From the NCBI GenBank assembly GCA_963807165.1, contig CAWDZM010000001.1, positions 198,306 to 262,305 of the forward strand: a DNA stretch of 64,000 nt, in the 5' to 3' direction. A program made the position numbers and the translations under genes. This DNA comes from an uncultured bacterium. GTDB lineage: Bacteria; Patescibacteriota; Minisyncoccia; UBA6257; 2-01-FULL-56-20. The notes under the pieces are model-generated. The model saw nothing but the letters and a program-made list of their open reading frames with translations. It had not been told where the DNA came from and ran no database searches. Positions 1 through 8,646 of this stretch are shown piece after piece (position 1 is the first letter of the stretch; every line of letters starts with the position of its first letter).

Positions 1-483
1 GAAAAGATAAACCACGCGATCCATACTGACATCAAACGATATCTGGCACTCATTATTAAAGAGGGTTGGAGCTATAGCGAGAAAGGGGAAAAGAGCCAGG
101 AAGTGGAAGATGTCATCACCGACCTCAATAACAGTATTTATAAAATTTTTGATGAAGCGCCGCAGCTGATGCCGACTTCTTTCGCGCTCCTTTCGATCGT
201 GATGAATAACCGCTCTGCGCGGCTGCAGCACAGCGCCGAGCACATGCCGCCGCTTCTGCGCAACACGCTACGCTTCGCCGCATTCCTACTCATTGCGCTC
301 TCGATGTTCATCGCCATCAGGGATATCTATCTCGCGTTTCTGTTTACCGCAAGCATTGGCAGCCTCTCATACTCCATCTTCTTGGTCTTGAATGATCTCG
401 ATAATCCACTGAAGCCCGGGGATTGGCATATCACGACGAAGGATTATAAGGCGTTGCTCGAAAAGATTGCGCAGAGTTATTGA
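1..483 (+). CDS. Hypothetical membrane protein, 5' partial; the reading frame is open all the way to the window start.
   Basis: Frame 1 has no stop from position 1 up to the ORF-track Met at 103. Hydrophobic C-terminal half. No recognisable family. Confidence 0.35.
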   Translation, partial: EKINHAIHTDIKRYLALIIKEGWSYSEKGEKSQEVEDVITDLNNSIYKIFDEAPQLMPTSFALLSIVMNNRSARLQHSAEHMPPLLRNTLRFAAFLLIALSMFIAIRDIYLAFLFTASIGSLSYSIFLVLNDLDNPLKPGDWHITTKDYKALLEKIAQSY

Positions 484-556
484 TTGACCGGTCAGTATAT
501 TTATAGTACGCTAAAAACGTTTTCAATCAGCACCTTGTAGGTTCAGGGAGGGAATC

Positions 557-901
557 ATGGCAATGAGGATGAATTTTGAGTTGTTAAAAGATGACGAAAA
601 AAAGATCGTCGGAGTCGAACTTGTGGGAGATGGCAGTACGGAAGCCAAGATTTGGGCTGCGACCTTTCCTAGAGCTTTAGCTGCTGGAAGAGCAACTATT
701 GGGTTCAGTGGCAAAAAGATCTTCTTCAATCATTTAAAAGGAGAATTCCCGGCGACGTTTACATTTGAACTATCCGAGGAAGAGATCGATCCCCTGAGAA
801 CAGTTTTCCGATATGATCAACCGTTGAAATCGGAATCTTCAGAGGCGTGGTGCGGGGGATTCAAGCTTTTTCTTCCCAACGAACTGCCCGTGGCTAGCTA
901 A
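557..901 (+). CDS. Hypothetical protein
   Basis: 114-aa ORF followed by a hairpin plus T-run. Confidence 0.35.
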   Translation: MAMRMNFELLKDDEKKIVGVELVGDGSTEAKIWAATFPRALAAGRATIGFSGKKIFFNHLKGEFPATFTFELSEEEIDPLRTVFRYDQPLKSESSEAWCGGFKLFLPNELPVAS

Positions 902-917
902 GAAGCCAGTTCGCATA

Positions 918-958
918 TGGCGCTCCTCAATAATATGAGGGTGCGCCATTTTTTTATT
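918..958 (+). terminator. Rho-independent terminator: hairpin atggcgc...gcgccat followed by T7.
   Basis: Inverted repeat followed directly by ttttttt, downstream of the 557..901 ORF. Confidence 0.4.
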
Positions 959-985
959 TAAACTTGACGCCACATCACTACTCCG

Positions 986-2140
986 TTACTGGTACTGTAT
1001 ATAGCTCGGCTGGGGGCTGAGCTGAAGAACTTGCTGTGGCGTGAGCATGCCGGTACTCGGCGGCAAGAGATCGTTCTTATAAAATAATTTGAATCCAGTA
1101 AACTGCACCGGCTCGGCTTCTTCAACGCGCTGATACGTATTAATTTTTTTTGCCTGCGAACCCCATCCATCCATATCAATTACCACTTGCACCTGTGGCA
1201 GGGGGTTAATGTCCTGATAATTGGTCACCATATCTTCCGTGAACCGATGCACCACCAAAATTTTCGGCGGGAGATTATTTTGATTCACGATATTCGCCAG
1301 AAAGTTTGCGGCAAAGTTGATATCCTTCGCATCCATCGTGCCGATCTCCTGATCCGGCTTTACACCCGGCTCCATATCGAATTCCGGATCAAGCGAGAGT
1401 TCTACGTTTGGTAGCTTTAAATATTGTGCGAGCAACGGCACTTCCGTTTCCACATTACTCCATCCTACTTGGACATCGAGGAATACGAGTCCGTTTACTG
1501 AGTTGGCAAGAGTGATCGCTTTCTCGATCTGGCTTGCGGGCATGCGATCACGCCATTTTCCATCCGCACCCGGACTCCCTTGCGCGGTGACGGCGATGTA
1601 ATCAAGTGCAGGGATCACCGGCGTGGATGGATCCGCCGCGCGCCATTCGGCGGTGGTTGATGCAAGCATCGCCATCATCTGATCCGGTGGATACTGGCCG
1701 AGCACGCCCATCTGGGTGGAATAGAAATTGCCGTAATACGCAACGATGCGATTGAAGGGGAGTAATGCGCCGGCATCGGGCAGTACTGTTTTGACCGGCC
1801 ATGCGCTTGTGGAAGAAACAATCTTCGTCGTCTTTATCCGTGCGATGGTAGAAGTGCCTGGGATCGTGGAGGTAACAATGATCGTTACCGTGTGCGTGGG
1901 AATGTTTGCGATAGCCAATAGCTTTGCGTTATATGCGGCCGCATTGATCGGCGTCAGCGCGGAAAGGGAAGTGCTCGCGCCGGCAACGGCTGACGTGGTG
2001 GAAGAAGAATCGCCTTCTGCGAAAATGTTATACGTTTTGGAGAGAATATCCGCATGAGCCGCCGCATAAAAAATAATGACGAGCGCTCCGGCGCCGACGA
2101 TCACAAAAAATATAGCCCATCGCTTAAAGAAGTTTCTCAT
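986..2140 (-). CDS. Membrane-anchored extracytoplasmic protein; possible glycoside-hydrolase-like TIM-barrel domain. Family assignment is uncertain.
   Basis: N-terminal TM helix, a Ser/Thr-rich linker, then a ~280-aa globular domain. Confidence 0.4.
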   Translation of the reverse strand: MRNFFKRWAIFFVIVGAGALVIIFYAAAHADILSKTYNIFAEGDSSSTTSAVAGASTSLSALTPINAAAYNAKLLAIANIPTHTVTIIVTSTIPGTSTIARIKTTKIVSSTSAWPVKTVLPDAGALLPFNRIVAYYGNFYSTQMGVLGQYPPDQMMAMLASTTAEWRAADPSTPVIPALDYIAVTAQGSPGADGKWRDRMPASQIEKAITLANSVNGLVFLDVQVGWSNVETEVPLLAQYLKLPNVELSLDPEFDMEPGVKPDQEIGTMDAKDINFAANFLANIVNQNNLPPKILVVHRFTEDMVTNYQDINPLPQVQVVIDMDGWGSQAKKINTYQRVEEAEPVQFTGFKLFYKNDLLPPSTGMLTPQQVLQLSPQPSYIQYQ

Positions 2141-2189
2141 CGATATTGATAGGATACCACACTAAAAGTGGTGGTAGGAAAAAATGTCG

Positions 2190-2717
2190 CTAGAACTCCA
2201 CGGTGAACTTTGCCTTCGCGCCCGCGTTGAAAGGATGCTTGATCTCGCGCATCTCGGTCGCAAGGTCGGCGGCGTCAATCAGCTCCTGTGGCGCGCCACG
2301 CCCGCTCACAATTAATATCTTATCCTCCGGATAGTCCTTGATGGCATCAAGGACTTCCTGCACGGTGAGCAACCCGAGCGAGATCGCGACGTTCACCTCG
2401 TCGAGCGCGATCATGTGCCACTTGCCGGAATTCTTTTCCTCCACAAACATCGCAAGTGCTTTACGCGCCGCCGCTTTGTGATCCTCCAGCGGCAATTTGT
2501 CGCCAAGGATGCCGACGAAGCCAAGCCCCATTTTTCGGATCGCAAAGCGCTCGGCGGGAATATTATTTTTAGCTGCAAACTCATCTTCGCCAGAGATCCA
2601 GGGGCCTTTAATAAATTGAATCATCAGCGCCGTCTTGTCGCGCCCTAACACGCGAACCATTTGTCCAAGCGATGCAGTCGTTTTTCCTTTTCCGTTGCCA
2701 GTGAAGAGAAGAATCAT
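2190..2717 (-). CDS. cobO: Cob(I)yrinic acid a,c-diamide (corrinoid) adenosyltransferase, CobA/CobO/BtuR family
   Basis: P-loop LFTGNGKGKTTA and QFIKG motifs align along the full length to CobA. Start moved to the internal Met (MILLFTGNGKGKTT). Confidence 0.8.
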   Translation of the reverse strand: MILLFTGNGKGKTTASLGQMVRVLGRDKTALMIQFIKGPWISGEDEFAAKNNIPAERFAIRKMGLGFVGILGDKLPLEDHKAAARKALAMFVEEKNSGKWHMIALDEVNVAISLGLLTVQEVLDAIKDYPEDKILIVSGRGAPQELIDAADLATEMREIKHPFNAGAKAKFTVEF

Positions 2718-2809
2718 GGTGATTATTATACCGAAATCCATCCAACAGGCGCAACTTGATGACCGTCGGCTGTTACTATACAATATAGGCAGAAAGAGGA
2801 GGTTTTATC

Positions 2810-3499
2810 TTGAAATTGAAGTGGGCGATTTTTGCAATTGCTATTGCATTGCTTTGCCTTGCATCCCCAGCTGTGGCACGCGCTGATACCTTCACGCTAG
2901 GAACGGGGTATCAGTATGTAACCCTCAACAACCAATTTGTGGTCGGGCTCATCACCGGCAGTACGCTCAACGGCAAGGCCATCGGGCCCGTCATCTGTGA
3001 CACCTCCGATAAGGAGAGTTTCCTTGGGTCTACGTGGATGGTTAACGTGAACCCGCTGACTGGGCCATGGAGTCCTCCACCGATGTTTTCCGGCGTTGGC
3101 GCCACCGGCTATGAAGTGGCAGCAATCGCGGAATACGATATGACTCTGCCGGCCAATCAAAACCAGAACGAGCAAAATCTACTGCAAGATCTGGTGTGGG
3201 ATGAGATGATTCCGGGAAGCGGGGCGGCCATAACGGGCCTTCCTGTTGGCGCTGACAACACACTCCTTGCCCAAATAGCAACGGAGGTTGGAAACTACAA
3301 CTATTCCGGATCAATAATTCTCACCCCGGCCGGTAATGATCCAGATCAGGAATTTCTTGAAATCAATGCAGTCCCTGATCCGGTTCCCGAGCCAGCATCA
3401 CGAACCTTGACGTTAGTCGGACTCCTGTTCGGATTGTCAGCGCTGGGATACAAACAATGTTTCCGGCGCGCGCTTCAAACGCACCGACCGATAGACTAA
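2810..3499 (+). CDS. Secreted PEP-CTERM domain protein
   Basis: Signal peptide. C-terminus is VPEPAS + hydrophobic helix + RR (canonical PEP-CTERM sorting signal). TTG start preceded by AGAGGAGG. Confidence 0.7.
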   Translation: MKLKWAIFAIAIALLCLASPAVARADTFTLGTGYQYVTLNNQFVVGLITGSTLNGKAIGPVICDTSDKESFLGSTWMVNVNPLTGPWSPPPMFSGVGATGYEVAAIAEYDMTLPANQNQNEQNLLQDLVWDEMIPGSGAAITGLPVGADNTLLAQIATEVGNYNYSGSIILTPAGNDPDQEFLEINAVPDPVPEPASRTLTLVGLLFGLSALGYKQCFRRALQTHRPID

Positions 3500-3502
3500 T
3501 AC

Positions 3503-3540
3503 CGCTGATCCACTCCCCATGGATCGGCGGTTTTTTATCT
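3503..3540 (+). terminator. Rho-independent terminator: 11-bp stem ccgctgatcca/tggatcggcgg, then T6.
   Basis: Seen directly after the stop of the 2810..3499 gene. Confidence 0.5.
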
Positions 3541-3563
3541 CTGAAATGTGCTATCATTTTTAT

Positions 3564-4157
3564 ATGAACCAGAAAAAAATAGAGTCGGGGATTGATGGGC
3601 AGGAGCAGGAATTAGCGGCGGATGCCGTGCAAGAGGATAAAAAACCCACGCCAGAGGATTACCATGATTTCTTAGCTCAATTTTCGGTCACGCCGGAAGT
3701 CGAACAAAAACGAGCCGAACAGTTAGCCAAAGATCCTACCATGCTGAAGGTCATGGAAGATCGCAATGAGCGAATAAAATATCCGGAGGCATGGCAAAGG
3801 ACTCTCGAAGAATCCAAGGCAAAAGCGGTGGAGCAGTTAGGAAAAATTACCGCGCTTGAAGATGCTTTTAAAAAACTTCCACAGTCCGATGTGATGTTGC
3901 TTATAAAAGTAGATAGCAATGGAAAGTCCGTGAAGGTAGAGGCGAGCAAGGAAGTGCATCACGAGATTTTAAATACATTAGAATTATTCATTAACGATTG
4001 TAGCGAAGTGAGAATTCCAAAACGTTTTTACGGCACAGACGTTGAAGGTGTCCACTTCATCAGCCTATTTCCTGCATCAGGAGGTTATCGCACCTCTCCA
4101 TCGGATTTTTTTGCGCTAGCGAAGGAAGCACTCGAAAGCGCAAAGGAGGTTGAATAA
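3564..4157 (+). CDS. Hypothetical protein
   Basis: ORF 3519..4157. Start set at the internal Met (MNQKK) because the upstream part overlaps the terminator. Confidence 0.4.
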   Translation: MNQKKIESGIDGQEQELAADAVQEDKKPTPEDYHDFLAQFSVTPEVEQKRAEQLAKDPTMLKVMEDRNERIKYPEAWQRTLEESKAKAVEQLGKITALEDAFKKLPQSDVMLLIKVDSNGKSVKVEASKEVHHEILNTLELFINDCSEVRIPKRFYGTDVEGVHFISLFPASGGYRTSPSDFFALAKEALESAKEVE

Positions 4158-4207
4158 AAAAAATAAAAAGAAACCCGCCAAGCAATGTGTTTCCATTGGG
4201 CGGGTTT
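4156..4207 (-). terminator. Terminator for the minus-strand gene 4247..4969: hairpin aaacccgcc/ggcgggttt with a T-run on the minus strand.
   Basis: 9-bp stem. The A-run on the plus strand is a T-run on the minus strand. Confidence 0.45.
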
Positions 4208-4246
4208 GAGTTTAGGCGAGCACTATCCCAGTTTTGGGATGAATGG

Positions 4247-4969
4247 TTATAGGTTGGCTGAAAGGAGCTTTCGACGTGCGAGGCCAGCGGCAAAGACAAG
4301 CCCCGTTCCGAGCAGCATCAGAGACGAAGGTTCGGGCGTCGGTGCGACGGGGGTTAGGTCGATGGTAAGGCTTGGATCGATGGCATCTCCGCTTGTGGGC
4401 AATGCCGACAATGTGATGGTATAGGTGTCGGCGGCATTGGGGTTAAAGCTGAGCGGTGTCGCTAGAAACGCGAAGCCGAGATTCTCAGCATTCTGAAATC
4501 CATCGTCGCCCGGCTGCATCGCGCAACCCGAGCAGACAATTCCAGAACCGTTGGCCTGACCGTTGTCCGGCAACAGCGTTGGATTGAAGGAGACTACCGC
4601 GTTTGTTGTGTCGTTTGCAATGATCAGGTTGTAGGTGTACGCGCCCAAAGGGTCGCTCCCGGTATTCACGGAGAATGCGAAATCCCAATTGGCGAGCGTG
4701 CCAGCGTTTGGCGAATAGTAGTAGTCGTTCGTCGTTGGCGTGATCGGCCCCACAAAGCGGGTAATCGCTTCGAGCCCGAGTTGCAGAGTGCTTCCATCCG
4801 AATTTGTCGCAGTGAGTACATCCCAGCCGGCGTTGACGTTTCCGGTTCCAAAGTAGACCCCGGGGTTAGACAGACTGGAGTTGAAGGTCTCATCCGCGTG
4901 TGCAGTTGCCAATGTGGCTCCTCCCATCGCGGCCAAGGCCAAGAACAACATAAACTTTTTACTTTTCAA
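4247..4969 (-). CDS. Secreted PEP-CTERM domain protein
   Basis: Signal peptide. C-terminus is TPEPSS + hydrophobic helix + RRK. Confidence 0.7.
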   Translation of the reverse strand: MKSKKFMLFLALAAMGGATLATAHADETFNSSLSNPGVYFGTGNVNAGWDVLTATNSDGSTLQLGLEAITRFVGPITPTTNDYYYSPNAGTLANWDFAFSVNTGSDPLGAYTYNLIIANDTTNAVVSFNPTLLPDNGQANGSGIVCSGCAMQPGDDGFQNAENLGFAFLATPLSFNPNAADTYTITLSALPTSGDAIDPSLTIDLTPVAPTPEPSSLMLLGTGLVFAAGLARRKLLSANL

Positions 4970-5049
4970 GATTACTCCTCCTGATCGATTTATCCCTATA
5001 ACATAAGGGACGAAGAATATTGTATCCTAAATATGCAAAAAATACAAAT

Positions 5050-5120
5050 GCTGCGGGACTTGGATTCGAACCAAGATTAACGGATTCAGAGTCCGCGTGC
5101 CTACCATTAGCAGATCCCGC
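5050..5120 (-). tRNA. tRNA-Gln (anticodon CTG)
   Basis: Cloverleaf folded by hand: 7-bp acceptor stem, T-loop TTCGAAT, anticodon loop CTCTGAA. CCA is not encoded. Confidence 0.8.
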
Positions 5121-5123
5121 AAT

Positions 5124-5780
5124 TCAATATTCGCGAAAGGCAATGAGTTTTCTCAATTTCTCGACTTCCGCTTTTCTTCTTATCCGTATTGCATTATTAC
5201 GTACTTCGGGATGAAATTCAAGCCGCCGCAAAATGTCTTCGACGATATTCAATAATGATTGATTCTTATTTGAAAACGAGAAATTATAGGTGCAAGTTGG
5301 TAGGTGAATATTGAGGGAACCCTCTGCCTCGAATAATCCGCGAAGAAATCTTATGGAAAATGATTCGTTCTCGTTTATCCAATCCGGAAGAGTATACGGC
5401 ACATCTTTTCTATTACCGCTCGCTATCCCCAGCCGCTGGGAAATATATTTTTGGTATAAGCTGATCCGAAGCGCATTTACATCTTTTAGTTTGGTAACCG
5501 TAGGTTCGTTGCCAAATAAAATATGAGTTAATCTTGTGTACCGGCGGATAAATTCTGGGTTATTGCTATTGCCCACGATTATTAACCGCTCCGTTCGCGG
5601 GCATGCTTCAATATTTCCATCTCCAAGCACCACCCCGATATATTCAGCAAGATCACCGTTACGGGGAAGATCCGCATAGCGAACGCGGTGGTCGTCGCGC
5701 CATTTTTTAAAATTATCAATTTTTCTCGCCTTCATAGTGCGAGATATTTTTTCTGCGCGAGAAAATTTGTGATTTGGCAT
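5124..5780 (-). CDS. LAGLIDADG homing endonuclease, double-motif. Its stop codon lies 3 nt before the 5' end of tRNA-Gln.
   Basis: Motifs YIGVVLGDGNI and FLRGLFEAEGSL. Confidence 0.8.
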   Translation of the reverse strand: MPNHKFSRAEKISRTMKARKIDNFKKWRDDHRVRYADLPRNGDLAEYIGVVLGDGNIEACPRTERLIIVGNSNNPEFIRRYTRLTHILFGNEPTVTKLKDVNALRISLYQKYISQRLGIASGNRKDVPYTLPDWINENESFSIRFLRGLFEAEGSLNIHLPTCTYNFSFSNKNQSLLNIVEDILRRLEFHPEVRNNAIRIRRKAEVEKLRKLIAFREY

Positions 5781-5874
5781 ATAATCTTGTTCGGATTATA
5801 TACCTCCCGCATTAAATTTTTATTAAATCTCTATCTCTATTATTAAACTAGCACAGCCAAGCGAGCGCCTGCGT

Positions 5875-6978
5875 TTACATTAGCTGCTCCACTAGCGCCA
5901 CTTCGAGTGGGACGATGGCGAACGGGGAGTAGCGCATCTCCGCGTACGCGCGGATGAGCGCTTTAATGAACTTAACGAGCGTGGCAGTGTCTGCGGCCGT
6001 GCCGAGCGCTATTGCGCCCGCGACCTCGTCACGCGTGAGGTCGCGCTCCATCACCGACTTGAGCGACGGATTGACCTTAAGCGACAGCACTTTACGCAAG
6101 TAATGGATAAGGTCTTTAGTGAACTGAACAAGATTGTGGCCGTCCTCGTTCAGCTCATTCAGGTTGGCGAGCGCCGCTTTGACATCTTTTTTAACAATGA
6201 GTTCCGCAAGCTCGTGCACTTTCTTCAGCCCGGTGCGGCCGGTCACACGCTCCGCATCGGCAAGTGTGATATTTTTTTCGAGCGATGATATCTGGTCAAG
6301 CAACGATTCCGCGTCGCGGAAGCTGCCTTCCGCGGCGGCCGCGATGAGCTCGATCGCCGGCGCATCTATTGTTATCTTTTCCTTTGCCGCGATCGACGTC
6401 AGCTTTTCAATGATCGTCGCCTTGGTTAATTTTTTAAAAACGAACCGCTGTGCGCGAGAGGTAATTGTCGGCGGAAGTTTTTCAAACTCCGTCGTCGCCA
6501 AAATGATCACCGCATGCTTGGGAGGTTCCTCCAATGTTTTGAGCAGGGCATTGAACGCCGCGCCGGTGAGCATGTGCGCTTCGTCTATAATATAAACCTT
6601 GTGCTCGGCGCTCGCGGGCGCGGTGCGGATGTTTTCCTTGAGGTTGCGAATCTCGTCGATGCCGCGATTAGAGGCTGCGTCGATTTCTACGACATCGAAC
6701 GAATTCTGCGCATCGATCGCCAAGCACTCACGGCACCCGTTGCACGGCTCGCCGAGCGCGGCGAACTTTGGATCCGTGCGGCGCTTTTCGCAATTGAGCA
6801 GCTTTGCGATCAACCGCGCCGTCGTCGTCTTGCCAGTTCCCCGCGCGCCATAAAAAATGTAAGCCTGCCCGAGCCGGTTTGATTTTGCCGCATTCTTAAG
6901 AATCTCAACGTTCGTTTCTTGGCCGAGGACGTCGTCGAGTTTCTGTGGGCGATATTTGCGATAGAGGGCTTGTGCCAT
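5875..6978 (-). CDS. dnaX: DNA polymerase III subunit gamma/tau (short form)
   Basis: Walker A GARGTGKTT and clamp-loader motifs. TATAAT sits 8 nt upstream of the ATG on the minus strand. Confidence 0.85.
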   Translation of the reverse strand: MAQALYRKYRPQKLDDVLGQETNVEILKNAAKSNRLGQAYIFYGARGTGKTTTARLIAKLLNCEKRRTDPKFAALGEPCNGCRECLAIDAQNSFDVVEIDAASNRGIDEIRNLKENIRTAPASAEHKVYIIDEAHMLTGAAFNALLKTLEEPPKHAVIILATTEFEKLPPTITSRAQRFVFKKLTKATIIEKLTSIAAKEKITIDAPAIELIAAAAEGSFRDAESLLDQISSLEKNITLADAERVTGRTGLKKVHELAELIVKKDVKAALANLNELNEDGHNLVQFTKDLIHYLRKVLSLKVNPSLKSVMERDLTRDEVAGAIALGTAADTATLVKFIKALIRAYAEMRYSPFAIVPLEVALVEQLM

Positions 6979-7050
6979 GTGAGATTATTATAGCCGCAGT
7001 TGCATAATTATCAAATAAATGTCATAATCGTTATAGGAGGAAAGTTGCGG

Positions 7051-7176
7051 ATGTCGACGCTTCGAAATTACAGCCCGAGAGTAAGAATCATTCTATTTCT
7101 CTTGATCATAGTAGGGGTTCCAGGCGTATGTCTTTTGCTCATTGCTCACCCCAACTGTTTTCGCTGGCTTCACTAG
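7051..7176 (+). CDS. Possible 41-aa small hydrophobic protein. Not in the ORF track.
   Basis: ATG preceded by GGAGG at 8 nt spacing. Single TM-like segment. Followed by a hairpin plus T-run. Confidence 0.25.
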   Translation: MSTLRNYSPRVRIILFLLIIVGVPGVCLLLIAHPNCFRWLH

Positions 7177-7243
7177 CCCCGGAAGAAAAGCCTCGCGCTT
7201 GCTATCCCCGGGGCTTTTCTTTATTTATCATTAAATTTTTCGT

Positions 7244-8032
7244 ATGATGGAGATAATAGTCATCTCCATGGAATATGAAACGCGCGTAGGAGAGTTTAGC
7301 GGGCCGCTCGAGAAGCTTCTGGAGCTGATTGAGGCGGAAAAGATGGACATCAACGAGGTCAGCCTAGCCAAGGTCACGGATGATTTTTTGCGCTATCTGG
7401 AGACCTTTAAGGGCGGCCTGGAGATAAGTGCCGAGGGCATGACAGATGCGGAGAACAAATTTCGTATTGATCTTCGCGTCCTCGCGGATTTTGTTTCCGT
7501 CGCAAGCAAGCTGATCTTTCTCAAATCGAAATATTTATTGCCGGGCTTGGCACTTTCAGAAGAAGAAGAGGCGGACATTAAAGATCTCGAATCGCGTTTG
7601 CACATCTACCAACAACTCAAGCCTGCGATCAAGCTGATCAACCAACTCTGGGCTACGAGTCATCACTCATTCAGCCGTCCGTATCTGATCGGAAAGATGA
7701 CGATGCCCGGCCAGACGACTTTTTATCCTGGAAAAAGTTTGAGCACGGAAGCGCTCGCCGCGGCGCTTAGCAACATTTTCGAATCCATAAAGACGTACGA
7801 CATGGAGACGGAGACGATAAAAGAGAAGATCGTCACGCTGGAGGAAAAGATCAGTGAGGTGTTGGGGCGCATCCAAAAAGAAGGGGACATGCACTTCAAC
7901 GCGCTGTCCGGCGAGAAGTCGCGCGGCGAGATGATCGTGGTCTTCCTCGCAATCCTTCACCTCGCGCGCGAACAGCTCGTACTTTTGGAGCAAATGGAGA
8001 ATTTTTCTGATATAATGGTGAAGAAAAAATAA
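7244..8032 (+). CDS. scpA: Segregation and condensation protein A
   Basis: ScpA N-terminal motif (PLEKLLELIEAEKMDINEVSLAKVTDDFL). Gene order is scpA then scpB. Confidence 0.8.
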   Translation: MMEIIVISMEYETRVGEFSGPLEKLLELIEAEKMDINEVSLAKVTDDFLRYLETFKGGLEISAEGMTDAENKFRIDLRVLADFVSVASKLIFLKSKYLLPGLALSEEEEADIKDLESRLHIYQQLKPAIKLINQLWATSHHSFSRPYLIGKMTMPGQTTFYPGKSLSTEALAAALSNIFESIKTYDMETETIKEKIVTLEEKISEVLGRIQKEGDMHFNALSGEKSRGEMIVVFLAILHLAREQLVLLEQMENFSDIMVKKK

Positions 8033-8042
8033 TTAACTTTTC

Positions 8043-8636
8043 ATGAAAAACGGACGGGCGTCACTTGAGGCATTGCTATTTATCCATGGGGAACCACTTT
8101 CGTATAAAAAGATACAGGCTGTTTTAGGGATAGAAAAAGAAGAGCTGGAAACGATTATAAAAGAACTTGAAAGCGATCTCACAAACGATGGCCGTGGGTT
8201 GCAACTCGTTTCAGATCGCGAGAAGATCCAGCTTGCCACCAAGCCGGAGTTCAACGACATCCTCGAAAGTTTTATGAAGGAGGAGATTTCCGAGGATCTT
8301 TCACCCGCATCGCTCGAGGCGCTCTCTATTATTGCGTATCTTGGACCAATTTCCCGCGCGCGGTTGGAATATTTGCGTGGCGTGAACTCGATCGTCATCC
8401 TGCGCAGCCTGATGATCCGCGGACTCGTCGAGCGGTTTCCCGATCCGGAGCGCCCCGCGAGCTTTTTATACCGCGGCACATTCGACCTCATGAAGCACTT
8501 GGGTATAAAAGAAAAGGAGGCGTTGCCGGATTACGAAAAATTTCAGGAATTATTAAAAGTATTCGACGCACCAAGCACGGAACCCGCGGGTAGTCCAAGC
8601 GCGGGCAATCCGCCAGCGCCAACCGCGACACAATAA
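8043..8636 (+). CDS. scpB: Segregation and condensation protein B
   Basis: ScpB winged-helix motifs (LEALLFIHGEPLSYKKI). Confidence 0.8.
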   Translation: MKNGRASLEALLFIHGEPLSYKKIQAVLGIEKEELETIIKELESDLTNDGRGLQLVSDREKIQLATKPEFNDILESFMKEEISEDLSPASLEALSIIAYLGPISRARLEYLRGVNSIVILRSLMIRGLVERFPDPERPASFLYRGTFDLMKHLGIKEKEALPDYEKFQELLKVFDAPSTEPAGSPSAGNPPAPTATQ

Positions 8637-8646
8637 TCAGCGCATT

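Noticed and set aside
5020-5214. 64-aa plus-strand ORF
   Set aside because: It overlaps tRNA-Gln and the 3' end of the LAGLIDADG gene on the other strand, and has no supporting signals.
5050-5780. Idea that the LAGLIDADG genes are intron-encoded within the tRNAs
   Set aside because: All three tRNAs fold as intact, uninterrupted cloverleaves with normal anticodon loops. The HE ORFs are wholly upstream, so they are free-standing.
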